This document shows, piece after piece, positions 50,699 through 60,917 of a stretch of 64,000 nt of DNA (position 1 is the stretch's first letter; each line of letters starts with the position of its first letter). The notes below the pieces were generated by a model that did no database searches, was not told where the DNA came from, and was given only the letters and a program-made list of their open reading frames with translations. The stretch is from a bacterium (GTDB lineage: Bacteria; Ratteibacteria; UBA8468; B48-G9; JAFGKM01). The position numbers and the translations under genes were made by a program. The stretch covers positions 52,566 to 116,565 of the forward strand of contig JAOAIL010000001.1 in the NCBI GenBank assembly GCA_026414725.1, written 5' to 3'.

Positions 50699-51733
50699 AT
50701 GGAAAACACTTTTCATATACAATGGCACATAACAGACAGATGTAACTTACGATGTCTTCATTGCTATCAGGATAGTTTTTCTTCAAAGAGTGAGTTACCT
50801 CTATCTTCTCTTGAAAAAATTTTTTCAAATATGGTGGATTTTGTAGAAAAGAGAAGACAGAAACTTGTAATTGATATAACGGGTGGTGAACCATTTCTCT
50901 ATAATGATTGGGCCACTTTAGTTTCACTAATATATAAACATCCTCAAGTGAAAAAAACAGGGATAATAACTAATGGATTTTTTCTCAATGAAAGAAATAT
51001 AAAGTTACTTGAAAACTTTAAGAACCTTACACTAAAAATATCAGCAGAAGGAATGAATAAACAAATATTTGAATTGTTTAGAGGGAAAGGTACATACGAC
51101 GAGTTTTTATATATATGCGAACATCTAAAAAATGCTCTGCCTAAAGAAAAGATATTGATGTTTACATTGACAAAAGAAAATGTAAAAAATGTTCCATATC
51201 TGTTTGATTTTATTAAGGATTATAATTTCAGTGCCTTTGTTCTTGAAAGATTCATTCCATGGGGGAGAGGAAGAAAAATTTTAGAGTCAATTATTTCATT
51301 GCCTGATTGGCTTTATATAATCAATGTTCTATGTGAGATATGTAAGGTAGAAAAAGATATGGATTCTCTTTTACCCTACAGGGGCTTTATGGTCAAATTG
51401 GATAATAAGGGTAAATATAATCTTTTTGGAGCACCCTGTATTATAGGAATTGACGGGATAGCTGTGATGCCTGATGGCAGTGTTTATCCCTGTAGAAGAT
51501 TTCCTGTCAATATAGGCAATTTATTACAGAATAAACTTGAAGATATATGGGAAAAATCTGACGTTCTTGAAAAATTGAGAATTTATCCCTTGAAAGGTAA
51601 ATGTAAAAATTGTAAAATTACACACTGCCGTGGTTGTAGGGCGCTGGCTTATAGTATAACAGGAGACTTTATGGAAGAAGACATAATGTGTCCATTAACA
51701 AAAGGGGGATGGGAAAATGGATATGATGCCTAA
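50699..51733 (+). CDS. Radical SAM enzyme with C-terminal SPASM domain (substrate unknown)
   Basis: Radical-SAM cluster CNLRCLHC (Cx3Cx2C), GGE motif (ITGGEPFLYNDW). SPASM cysteines: APC...YPC...CKNCKITHCRGC...IMC. Overlaps the pdaD start by 17 nt. Confidence 0.75.
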   Translation: MENTFHIQWHITDRCNLRCLHCYQDSFSSKSELPLSSLEKIFSNMVDFVEKRRQKLVIDITGGEPFLYNDWATLVSLIYKHPQVKKTGIITNGFFLNERNIKLLENFKNLTLKISAEGMNKQIFELFRGKGTYDEFLYICEHLKNALPKEKILMFTLTKENVKNVPYLFDFIKDYNFSAFVLERFIPWGRGRKILESIISLPDWLYIINVLCEICKVEKDMDSLLPYRGFMVKLDNKGKYNLFGAPCIIGIDGIAVMPDGSVYPCRRFPVNIGNLLQNKLEDIWEKSDVLEKLRIYPLKGKCKNCKITHCRGCRALAYSITGDFMEEDIMCPLTKGGWENGYDA

Positions 51734-52268
51734 AAAGGTCTTTCTGACCAAAGGAGTGGGGAAGCATAAGGAAAAGTTAACAAGTTTTGAGCTTGCATTA
51801 AGGGATGCAGGGATAGCACAGTTTAATCTTGTTTCTATCTCAAGTATATTCCCGCCACACTGTAAACTTATATCAAAGCAAGCAGGACTGGCACAACTTA
51901 AAGCAGGACAGGTTGTATATACGGTCTTGAGCAGAAATGCCACCAATGAACCACACCGTCTTATCACTGCATCGGTAGGTATTGCTATACCGAAAGAAAG
52001 GTCACATTATGGTTATCTCTCTGAACATGAGGGTTTTGGAGAGACAGAAGATAAAGCTGGTGATTATGCAGAAGACCTCGCTGCAACAATGCTTGCTACA
52101 ATACTCGGAATTGAGTTTGACCCTGACTCTTCTTATGATAAGAAAAAAGAAATCTGGAGAATGTCCAACAGAATAGTTAAAACAACAAATATTACACAGT
52201 CAGCAGTGGGAGATAAAAATGGACTGTGGACAACTGTTATAGCAGCTGCTGTGTTTATTATGGAATGA
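51717..52268 (+). CDS. pdaD: Pyruvoyl-dependent arginine decarboxylase (archaeal/chlamydial PdaD/AaxB type)
   Basis: 183 aa, PdaD-family pattern. The probable self-cleavage serine region is LVSISSIFPP. Confidence 0.75.
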   Translation: MDMMPKKVFLTKGVGKHKEKLTSFELALRDAGIAQFNLVSISSIFPPHCKLISKQAGLAQLKAGQVVYTVLSRNATNEPHRLITASVGIAIPKERSHYGYLSEHEGFGETEDKAGDYAEDLAATMLATILGIEFDPDSSYDKKKEIWRMSNRIVKTTNITQSAVGDKNGLWTTVIAAAVFIME

Positions 52269-52283
52269 CTTTTTATTAAGACA

Positions 52284-53159
52284 ATGATTGAGATAAAGCA
52301 CAACTTTTTAGGGGTTCCTGATATCCCATTAAAAAAAACAAAATTTGTAATACTTCCTGTTCCTTTTGAAGCAACAACTTCCTGTCAGACAGGGACAAAA
52401 GAAGGTCCATCCAGTATCATTTATTCATCCAATTATGTAGAACTTTATGACGAAGAATTAGATTGTGAACCATATACAGCGGGAGTAAAAACGCTTCTAC
52501 CTATTGAACCATTCTATAAAAGTTTGAAAACAATGGTATCAAGAATTGAAAAGAAAACATCCTTTTATATCAATAAAAGAAAATTTGTCATAGGGCTTGG
52601 TGGAGAACATACAATCTCACTCGGATTTGTAAATGCATATCTGAAACATTTCTCTGATATAAAAGTCCTTTCTCTTGATGCACATGCAGACCTTAGAGAG
52701 GAATATCAGGGCACAGAACTCAGTCATGCCTGTGTGATGAGAAGAATTTCAGAACTGGGAGTTCCTGTTTTTTCTGCTGGTGTAAGAAGTATCAGTATAG
52801 AAGAAAAGAACTTCCTGAATAAGAATGGAAATGTAAAGGTATTATTTGCTCATCAGATGCATAGGAAAAAATGGAGTGATATTTTAAATAAAATGCTTCC
52901 TTCTGGAAATTATTATCTTACCTTTGATGTGGACTTTTTTGACCCATCAATTATCCCAGACACAGGAACACCTGAACCGGGTGGATTTTTATGGTATGAA
53001 ACAATGGAGTTTTTAAGAACTTTCATCCAGAGGGAAGACATTAACCTCGTCGGATTTGATACAGTTGAACTTTCTCCTTCAAAACACTTTACTCCCTCAT
53101 CCTTTCTTGTGGCAAAACTGATATATAGAATAATTGGATTTATTACATGTAAAGATTAA
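52284..53159 (+). CDS. speB: Agmatinase (ureohydrolase family)
   Basis: Ureohydrolase Mn-binding motifs GGEHTIS, SLDAHADL and DVDFFDPS. Placed directly after an arginine decarboxylase, which favours agmatinase over arginase. Confidence 0.8.
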   Translation: MIEIKHNFLGVPDIPLKKTKFVILPVPFEATTSCQTGTKEGPSSIIYSSNYVELYDEELDCEPYTAGVKTLLPIEPFYKSLKTMVSRIEKKTSFYINKRKFVIGLGGEHTISLGFVNAYLKHFSDIKVLSLDAHADLREEYQGTELSHACVMRRISELGVPVFSAGVRSISIEEKNFLNKNGNVKVLFAHQMHRKKWSDILNKMLPSGNYYLTFDVDFFDPSIIPDTGTPEPGGFLWYETMEFLRTFIQREDINLVGFDTVELSPSKHFTPSSFLVAKLIYRIIGFITCKD

Positions 53160-53476
53160 GACACCTTACTGCCTGGAGAAACATCCCTGTCTGTTGTAAG
53201 TATAGAGAATTTATCATTATTCAGTGTAGCAAGCAACATCCCTTTACTTTCAATACCCTTTATTACCTTTGGCTCAAGGTTAACAAGAACAACTACATTT
53301 TTACCGAGCAGTTGCTCTTTTGCATACCAGAGTTTTATCCCTGCAATTAGTTTCCTTGTTTCATCTCCCAAATCTACTGTAAGAAGATACAGTTTATCCG
53401 CACCTGCTACATCCTCAACATCTAAAACCTTCCCTATTCTTATATCCATCTCCTTAAACTGCTCAAATTTTATCAT
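53156..53476 (-). CDS. tRNA-binding domain protein (CsaA/Trbp111-like OB fold)
   Basis: DIRIGKVLDVEDVAGADKLYLLTVDLGDETRKLIAGI is the Myf/EMAP-II-like tRNA-binding domain. Confidence 0.7.
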   Translation of the reverse strand: MIKFEQFKEMDIRIGKVLDVEDVAGADKLYLLTVDLGDETRKLIAGIKLWYAKEQLLGKNVVVLVNLEPKVIKGIESKGMLLATLNNDKFSILTTDRDVSPGSKVS

Positions 53477-53477
53477 T

Positions 53478-54830
53478 TCATCCTCCTTTTCTCTTCACCG
53501 GTATCCTTATTGTAAATACTGTACCTTTACCCACTTTTGACTTTACGTTAATATCACCATTATGCTCTTTTACTACTTTCTGTACAACTGCTAATCCAAA
53601 TCCAGTACCTCTGTTTCCTTTTGTAGAATAGAAGATATCAAATATTCTGTCTAAATTTTCTTCAGGTATACCACATCCATTATCTTCAACAACAACTTCT
53701 ACAATATTCCTATCCGGAAGAAAAGATGTCTTTATTTTTATTATTCCTGTTAATTCTTTTACTGCATCAACAGCATTATCTATAAGATTTATAAGCATCC
53801 TTTCTATCCTTGAAGGGTCAATATATATCTCAGGGATATTCTTATCCAGATGTTCTATAACTCTTACTTTTTTTTCTTTCAATCTATCGCCCATAAGATA
53901 GATAGTATCTTTTATAATTTTATTTATATCTGCTGGAACAAGTTCTATTTCCCTCTCTCTTGAATAGTCCACCATAGAAAGCATAAGATTTTTCATTCTC
54001 TCATAACTGCTTTTGAGAACATTCCTTCCTTCTTTCAACATATCTGTATTACTGCTTTCTATCGCTATATCTATAAGTTCAACTCCGTTTTCAAGATTTG
54101 TAAGGATATTTTTTATATCATGTGAAAGACCACCTATGGTCTCTCCTATAGTTACAAGACGCTGGTTTTTAATAATATTATTAACCAGTTTCATATTACT
54201 AATAGCAAAACTTATCACCACAGTTCCTGAAATAACCAGTGTGCTTTCTTTTGAGTTAAATGTATCTTTCCCCTTCCTCCCAACTACTACAGCACCAAAT
54301 CTTTCTCTCGTTGTTCTTAAAGGTGCTGCTATTATTGAAAAATATCTTCCATCCAATTTTGTTTTTTCTTTTAATATGCTCTCTCCTTTTCTAAAACACT
54401 CATATCCTATATCCTTAACAAGTCCCGGATTGAACTCCTTTTCAGAAGGATAGTGGTATGCCAGATGAAATGACTTTTTATCTGCGCCACAGAGAAAAAC
54501 TTCTACAAAATATGGAGATATAAAATCTCTTATCTTATTACCTAACATCTGGACAAGTGTTACTTCATTCTCAACCTGTGCCATTTTCTCAGAAAGATGT
54601 TGCATAAACATCATCTCTGTAAAAAATGCTAAAGCCCCCTGTTCAACATCCTTCATTTCATCAAGAAGTATATTGACAAAGTCATCTATCTCCGGATTCT
54701 CTTTTTTATCCACTGCTATCTCTTCTATCTTTCTCATTAGAAAGTTAAATCCATCTATAAGTCCTGTCACTGGTTTAACAAGAACTTCAACAGTTCCTTT
54801 TATTGTTTTTAACGGCTTTACCATATACAC
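53478..54830 (-). CDS. Cytoplasmic sensor histidine kinase (orphan)
   Basis: H-box GGLSHDIKN, N-box LINLIDNAVDA, G-boxes DNGCGIP and GTGFGLAVV. N-terminal GAF/PAS-like sensor; no TM helices. Confidence 0.8.
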   Translation of the reverse strand: MYMVKPLKTIKGTVEVLVKPVTGLIDGFNFLMRKIEEIAVDKKENPEIDDFVNILLDEMKDVEQGALAFFTEMMFMQHLSEKMAQVENEVTLVQMLGNKIRDFISPYFVEVFLCGADKKSFHLAYHYPSEKEFNPGLVKDIGYECFRKGESILKEKTKLDGRYFSIIAAPLRTTRERFGAVVVGRKGKDTFNSKESTLVISGTVVISFAISNMKLVNNIIKNQRLVTIGETIGGLSHDIKNILTNLENGVELIDIAIESSNTDMLKEGRNVLKSSYERMKNLMLSMVDYSREREIELVPADINKIIKDTIYLMGDRLKEKKVRVIEHLDKNIPEIYIDPSRIERMLINLIDNAVDAVKELTGIIKIKTSFLPDRNIVEVVVEDNGCGIPEENLDRIFDIFYSTKGNRGTGFGLAVVQKVVKEHNGDINVKSKVGKGTVFTIRIPVKRKGG

Positions 54831-55555
54831 TCCATTTTTATAAGACCATTTGATACAAAAAAGAAGTTTTTGTTGTCTCTGGTATATTCTTTATATTCTC
54901 CTCCTGCTTCCTGCAGGATAATTTTACCTGCTGATACATCCCATATGTTAAGTCCTACCTCAAAAAATAAGTCCGTCCTGCCTGATGCAACATAACATAT
55001 ATCCAGGGCTGCAGAACCCATCATCCTTACCTTCTTCACCTTATCAGCAATGTTGCAGAAAATTTTCAGTCCTGCTTCTATCTCTTCTCTCCCTTTCATT
55101 AAACCAAAACTTAATATAACATCTTTCATCCCTTCCGTTTTACTTACCTCAATTTTCCTCCCATTCAAAAAAGAACCTTTGTCTTTATACCCTGTAAACA
55201 ACTCATCCCTGCAAAAATCATAGACAACACCAAAACCATCATCTTCCTTGATACAGGCAATAGAAACACAGCAGTGTGGAATTCCTCTATAATAATTAAC
55301 TGTCCCATCTAAAGGGTCAATAATCCATATATATCCAGACCTGCCCCTTTCCTCTCCTTTTTCTTCTGATATATACCCATCCTCTGGAAAACTTTTTTCA
55401 ATCCTATCAAGAATTATCCTTTCACTTTCCACATCCTGCTTTAGTTTTACATCATATTGAGTTATACTGGAGAGTTCTCCTCTGCCAAATTCTTTTCTTA
55501 ATAAATATCCTGCCTCTTTAGCCATCTTTTTTGCTAATTCAAATCTTTCCTCCAT
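54818..55555 (-). CDS. Inositol-monophosphatase-family phosphatase
   Basis: WIIDPLDGTVNY plus the IMPase metal-binding motifs. Overlaps the kinase start. Confidence 0.8.
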   Translation of the reverse strand: MEERFELAKKMAKEAGYLLRKEFGRGELSSITQYDVKLKQDVESERIILDRIEKSFPEDGYISEEKGEERGRSGYIWIIDPLDGTVNYYRGIPHCCVSIACIKEDDGFGVVYDFCRDELFTGYKDKGSFLNGRKIEVSKTEGMKDVILSFGLMKGREEIEAGLKIFCNIADKVKKVRMMGSAALDICYVASGRTDLFFEVGLNIWDVSAGKIILQEAGGEYKEYTRDNKNFFFVSNGLIKMECIW

Positions 55556-55660
55556 TTATCCTCCATTAAATAAATAATTATACCCGAAATTACTATAATT
55601 ACATAGAAATTCTATAGATTGGTCAGTTTTGAAAATACTAAAGGCAGGATTATTATCTAC

Positions 55661-57028
55661 CTATCTTTTATGGATTATTTTCAAAAGTTGTCGTTCTTCA
55701 TCTTCTGTAAGTTCGTTTATATCCTGTGCATTTTCCATTATAGTATGGTATATCTCTTTTGCCTTATCTATATCTACCCTTTTTCCTGCTTCAGCCCAGT
55801 TATTAAACATCTCCCTGCTCCATAAGGACGGTTCCCACATCTCTTTCCTGAAATATTGAGCGGTATGGAGATGATTAATAAACAGACCTCCTGGTCCAAC
55901 CTCTTTTATAACCTCAAACCCTATCGTCTCTCCACTCACTTCACTTCCTTTTATAATTCTTTTAAGTGCTCCTACAAGTTCATTATCCAATATCATCTGT
56001 ATGGGAGAATATACCTGGTCAAGAGAAAGTAATCCTGCATCAAGTAGTGTATCCGCACCTGAAAGTATTGCAGATAAGGTGGTCATCGTCTTCTGGCAAC
56101 CTGCTTCCCAGCAGGGCACTTTCGCGTCCGCTAATCCTGTCTGGACATTACATCCCACACCATAATACCTCGCCATAGAAGATATCAATAAATTTCCTAG
56201 TACTATCTCAGGTCTACTATAAGGTCTTATCATCGTGCGCATATCAACAACAGATATCATCGCTCCGAGATATAAACGTTCTACTCCGTAACATGCTTTT
56301 ATAATAAGTCCTATTGCTATCTCTTCTGCAATATTAATTGCAACTAAACCTGGTACGGTTACAGGAGCAGATAGACCTGCCGTTGTCATATGTGTAATAT
56401 AAAGTGGATATCCTTTCTGCCACCACCAGGCAAATTGTTCTGCTTCCTCTTTGCTTATCTTTAAAGGAGACATCATAAATATTCCTCCATTAAAGACCTC
56501 ATGAGGTTTCTTTCCTTTCATCTCCGCATATGCGCAATATAACTCTTCTAAGTGTTCTGCTGATTCAAAGGGATAAAGAATACCTGAAGGAGAAAGACCA
56601 TATTTCCAGCAATAAAAACGTTCATATAACGGTGCCAGATCAGGGGAAGGCGACCAGGGATATCCAGTAAGAAAACATTCTGTTATCTCTGGAAGATGTT
56701 TTGCAAGTTTAAAGTAGGGCTCAAGATGAGAACTATCCAGTGGAACAAATTCATTATTATCAGGATTAATATACCAGCCAGGACCAAAAACTCCACATCT
56801 TCCCCAAAAATTAGATCTGCGGGTATCCCAGTTTTCTTTTGGAACATGGGAAAGAAACTCTTCTACCATTTTTTCAGGGAAATAAACACGCATATTCTTT
56901 TTATCTACTCTTGCTCCTATCCCTGAAAGTGCATCAAGAATATTTTCATTTCCAATTTCAATGCCAACTTCTGATAATATCTTAAGAATTTCTCTATGAA
57001 GGTCTTCACAATCTTTTAATGTAAACAT
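55661..57028 (-). CDS. MttB-superfamily (trimethylamine-methyltransferase-like) protein, non-pyrrolysine type
   Basis: 455-aa uninterrupted ORF with no in-frame amber. TIM-barrel MttB family. Likely a quaternary-amine:corrinoid methyltransferase (MtgB-like). Confidence 0.7.
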   Translation of the reverse strand: MFTLKDCEDLHREILKILSEVGIEIGNENILDALSGIGARVDKKNMRVYFPEKMVEEFLSHVPKENWDTRRSNFWGRCGVFGPGWYINPDNNEFVPLDSSHLEPYFKLAKHLPEITECFLTGYPWSPSPDLAPLYERFYCWKYGLSPSGILYPFESAEHLEELYCAYAEMKGKKPHEVFNGGIFMMSPLKISKEEAEQFAWWWQKGYPLYITHMTTAGLSAPVTVPGLVAINIAEEIAIGLIIKACYGVERLYLGAMISVVDMRTMIRPYSRPEIVLGNLLISSMARYYGVGCNVQTGLADAKVPCWEAGCQKTMTTLSAILSGADTLLDAGLLSLDQVYSPIQMILDNELVGALKRIIKGSEVSGETIGFEVIKEVGPGGLFINHLHTAQYFRKEMWEPSLWSREMFNNWAEAGKRVDIDKAKEIYHTIMENAQDINELTEDEERQLLKIIHKR

Positions 57029-57102
57029 AAAAATATCTCCTTTTATACAAGAATGGGGGAGATTTTTTCTCCCCCATTAATCATTATTAAAAAACATCTC
57101 TC

Positions 57103-57828
57103 TTATCTGCAGTCAAATGTAAATCCGTTCTCGTCAGTAACATACATACTCGTATCACCATAAAGGGTATTTTTATTTTTAACCAGTTGGGCATGTCCAT
57201 CTACAAACAGAACATTCACACCACCTGAATGTCTCGCAGGATATGAATATCTCCAGAAATACTCTCTTCCTGCGTTCAAAACATCTCCGGGATAGTCAAG
57301 AGTTGTTTGAAAACCTGGTAAGTTATACCATTCAAAAAGCAGGACAACTTTACTCTGGTCCCCTTTTACTCTCGCTAACTTTACCACCCTATCAGGTCTT
57401 TCAGCATCTACCAAGAAACGGTTTGCATAATAACTACAGGATGCTGGAGCAGTGTTTATATACCATGATTTTGCACGTTCACTGGGACATCTGAAAGGAG
57501 TGGATTTTGCCACCATAAATTCGTAATACTCTTGAAGTGTAGAGAACTCTTTCTGTGTTTTTCCTCTTACATATTTTTCTATGGATAAAGCCCAGTTACC
57601 AGGTCTCATATTAAGAATAGGTCCCCATGTATATGAAGGAAAATATTCTTCATTATCCTGCATATACATCATAAAACCAAGTCCTAACTGCTTAAGATTA
57701 TTCAAACACGTTGCCTGTCTTGCCCTCTCCCTCGCCTGAGATAATGCCGGTAGCAACATCGCTGCAAGAATAGCAATGATTGCTACCACTACCAATAACT
57801 CTATAAGCGTAAATCCCTTCCTTCTCAT
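57103..57828 (-). CDS. DUF1559 prepilin-type N-terminal cleavage/methylation-domain protein
   Basis: [34 protein letters not shown] (G|FTLIEL prepilin site). C-terminal DUF1559 signature [14 protein letters not shown]. Start trimmed to the ATG at 57828. Confidence 0.75.
   Translation of the reverse strand: MRRKGFTLIELLVVVAIIAILAAMLLPALSQARERARQATCLNNLKQLGLGFMMYMQDNEEYFPSYTWGPILNMRPGNWALSIEKYVRGKTQKEFSTLQEYYEFMVAKSTPFRCPSERAKSWYINTAPASCSYYANRFLVDAERPDRVVKLARVKGDQSKVVLLFEWYNLPGFQTTLDYPGDVLNAGREYFWRYSYPARHSGGVNVLFVDGHAQLVKNKNTLYGDTSMYVTDENGFTFDCR
57641..57800. repeat. Direct repeat copy 1 (5' end of the DUF1559 gene), ~160 bp
   Basis: Aligns to 61501-61660. A 75-bp core is 100% identical (57664-57738 = 61524-61598); the flanks are ~85-90% identical. 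Confidence 0.85.
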
Positions 57829-57936
57829 CTCACACCTCCATTTTCTGTTATCTATTCTAAACAGGGGATAACAGAGAGTACTGTCTGCCAGTGCCCCTGA
57901 TAAATTGAATTTCCTTCTTTTCATATATTTATACAC

Positions 57937-60894
57937 TCACATATTATCTACAACATAAAAAGGGAAACGTCCTACACACAACATTACCTGTCCTTTAAGC
58001 TCCATTCCACTCATTGAGACAGGGTTAGGACAATATCCTCCAAACATATCATAGACAGCGGTCTTACCAGACACATCAAGAAGCAGCTCATGTGGTGCAT
58101 CTGTATTACTCCAGACCACCCTTATCCTTGAACCATCTTTCTTTTTAAAATAGAATATCCAGAATGTCGGTCTTTCAATCCATACACTTGTATCTACCTG
58201 TTTTTCCCATTTTACAAACTCAGCATCTTCAAGGAAGTGTGTCATTACCGCATATGTTATCAAAGGTGCACAGGGACTTCTATCATACTCTAAAAATGTT
58301 TTATCTGCTCTTACTTCCCAGGAGGATTCCTGTGTAGCGAAAAGCCAGTAGAATGTTTTTTCTACGCCTGCTGCCCACTCTGTAACATACTGCCTTACTA
58401 TACCTGCTGCAGCGTCAAGTGATGTCATAGGAGGAGTTCCTTGTTCTCTCGGAAGTGGAGGATGGGTCCTGAACTCTTTCGTTATCTCTGCCTGTGTAAT
58501 ATGACACTCTGTATTCCACACAGGCATCTTTTTACCAGTGGTTTCCATAGCATCTGTCACCCTTTCAATACAGTTCACCCAGTTTTGTTTTGGACCTAAA
58601 AATCCCATCTCTTCTCCTGTATTCCTTAAATATCCTTTCGGTGACCAGGATGCCCAGTGGAAAGCAACTATGTCCATATAATTACTACCACTCTGGATTA
58701 AAGGAGGTAATGCGCCTGGATTTGTTACTACACCACCTACTACCTTTGCTTCTGGTTTTGTTGTTTTTACTATTTCATAAGTGGGCTTTAGTATATTTAT
58801 ATATTTTGTAACCCAGTCCTCCCCTTCTTTTAATGGTAGATAACCAGGATGGTTTGGTTCATTCCATACAGCCCAGTGTTTAATTTCTGGATAATAGCCA
58901 CTTACCACTTTCTGGACATACTCCTTCCATTCTTTCCAGTTTGTAAAGTCAGATGGGATATTCGTATTAGGCCAGGGACCTCCATAATTCTTACTACCAG
59001 GTTCAGTAGCCCAGTAAGGGGGGTCTGTCAGTGTCCCTACTAAATGAAATCCCATATCCCTGAATTTTTTTATCTCTTCATTATAGAATTTCCATTCTCC
59101 TTTAAGAGGTTCTGTACATTCCCACCTGGTAAAAAGTGGAGGTAAACAGAACACCCACCTTATACCTATCTTTCTGGCAAGTTCCATTATAAATGGTCTG
59201 TTCTCCATCTCACACCCAAACCTGCTATCCCATGCATCCTCTGGCTTTTTCCCTAAATCCCGATTTGGGATGACACCAAAAAGGAATTCTTCAACATAAC
59301 TGGTACCCTTCTCTCCTTTTACCTGCGCTAAAACTCTGTAGTGTCCAGTAGATATCCCTTTCAGGTCAACCTGCTTTTCTATAGTAATGCCCGCAATAAT
59401 ATCTAATGGAATCTCACCTTTTCTAACAACTTCCCCCCATCCATTCTCTATCTGATAAATAATAGAACCTTTAAGTGTCTGAGGACTATATACCTTAAAA
59501 ACAAGGTTATTGTTTCCATTAACAAAAAATACTCTGTCAGAAATATTCGTCTCTATACCGATATCTATCGTTTCTTCTGATGCCTTTATGTATTCCCCTT
59601 TTTTTGATAGCCTGAAATTGTCAAACATAAAAGCCATCTCTCTGTTATCTTCATTACTACCTAAAATTTGTACTGCAACTGCTGATATATCTTCTGGAAT
59701 AGTTATCTTTAAAGATACACTTTGCCATTTTTCTGATGGTTCAATATTCTTTAAAAGTAAAACATTATTACTTGTCTTATCTGCACGAACTAAAGATACA
59801 CCTACAGGCCTTTTACTCTTTACATAGCCAGTCAGTTCATATTCACCACTGGTTATTGCATATGCCCTGCTAAATAAACGGAAATATGACTCACCCGGCA
59901 TGACCAGTTTTAATATATGACTACCATCAGGTGCAGTATCATCCTTCTCTATAGTGGGTTGAGAATCTATAAACATTACCTTTATATCTCTCTCATATCC
60001 ACCACGCCCTCCACCACGGGTATAACACCCCCAACCCTGTATTCCTACTTCAAAACTGCCATTGTGAAGAATATTACTAAGTACTTCTTTCTTATCTCCT
60101 TCCTTCTCTTTTACTATACCAGATATCTCTACAGGTAATTTATCGCTTTGGAATACCTGAATACGTTCTATGTATATATAATCATTGGAATAGCCGGAAT
60201 CCATTCTTAAAAATAAAGCATTACATCTATCTATTTTCTGGTTCAAATCTACAGATGTAAGTACTGATATCTCCCCTTCTTTCTTCTCTTCGCATAGATA
60301 AGAAATTCCTGTTTCAGTATCAGTTACTATCTTCCACCTCTTCCATTTACCTCTTTCTATCGTAATATAGTTATCTGGTGTAAAAAGGATTGTCCCTTCT
60401 TTCTCCTGCCTCTTAATATGCCATGCCTCATGACCTATTTCATTCCAGTTACCAGGATTAACATATAACAATGCTATTTCAAATGGTGCAGAAGGGTCTA
60501 TGTATATGTCCATCTCCGTAGTTATATATCTTTTCGTCGCCGGTTCGGTGGAAATAATAAAACTATAATTATTCGCTTCTGTAGACCGTTCACTAATCCT
60601 TAATGCTCTTCGCCTATTATCCTGATTCCATGGTGAAAGTGGATATTTTGATACAATATCATAGTTGGCTCCAGCATTAGGTATTACCCATCTAAAAGGA
60701 AGATTGGGAATGATACTTTTAACATCTCCTTCATACCCTTCACCACTGCTAAAATCAAGATTGAGTAAACACTCTTTATCTTCTTCCATTTTAAAAGCCC
60801 CATTACTCATAACCGCCTTGCAGGAAATACAACACAACACCAGTATAAACATGCATATTACAAACTGAACATTTACCTTTTTCCCCATTCTCAT
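57937..60894 (-). CDS. Large secreted glycoside hydrolase (clan GH-A catalytic domain) with N-terminal beta-sandwich/CBM-like domains
   Basis: Signal peptide, ~500 aa of beta-rich N-terminal domains, then a TIM barrel with the clan GH-A acid/base signature HWAVWNEPNHPGY. Confidence 0.55.
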   Translation of the reverse strand: MRMGKKVNVQFVICMFILVLCCISCKAVMSNGAFKMEEDKECLLNLDFSSGEGYEGDVKSIIPNLPFRWVIPNAGANYDIVSKYPLSPWNQDNRRRALRISERSTEANNYSFIISTEPATKRYITTEMDIYIDPSAPFEIALLYVNPGNWNEIGHEAWHIKRQEKEGTILFTPDNYITIERGKWKRWKIVTDTETGISYLCEEKKEGEISVLTSVDLNQKIDRCNALFLRMDSGYSNDYIYIERIQVFQSDKLPVEISGIVKEKEGDKKEVLSNILHNGSFEVGIQGWGCYTRGGGRGGYERDIKVMFIDSQPTIEKDDTAPDGSHILKLVMPGESYFRLFSRAYAITSGEYELTGYVKSKRPVGVSLVRADKTSNNVLLLKNIEPSEKWQSVSLKITIPEDISAVAVQILGSNEDNREMAFMFDNFRLSKKGEYIKASEETIDIGIETNISDRVFFVNGNNNLVFKVYSPQTLKGSIIYQIENGWGEVVRKGEIPLDIIAGITIEKQVDLKGISTGHYRVLAQVKGEKGTSYVEEFLFGVIPNRDLGKKPEDAWDSRFGCEMENRPFIMELARKIGIRWVFCLPPLFTRWECTEPLKGEWKFYNEEIKKFRDMGFHLVGTLTDPPYWATEPGSKNYGGPWPNTNIPSDFTNWKEWKEYVQKVVSGYYPEIKHWAVWNEPNHPGYLPLKEGEDWVTKYINILKPTYEIVKTTKPEAKVVGGVVTNPGALPPLIQSGSNYMDIVAFHWASWSPKGYLRNTGEEMGFLGPKQNWVNCIERVTDAMETTGKKMPVWNTECHITQAEITKEFRTHPPLPREQGTPPMTSLDAAAGIVRQYVTEWAAGVEKTFYWLFATQESSWEVRADKTFLEYDRSPCAPLITYAVMTHFLEDAEFVKWEKQVDTSVWIERPTFWIFYFKKKDGSRIRVVWSNTDAPHELLLDVSGKTAVYDMFGGYCPNPVSMSGMELKGQVMLCVGRFPFYVVDNM

Positions 60895-60917
60895 ATCTCC
60901 TTTAATTCTAAATATTA

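Noticed and set aside
55661-57028. Possibility that the MttB homologue is pyrrolysine-containing
   Set aside because: The reading frame is continuous with no in-frame TAG, so there is no evidence for amber read-through.
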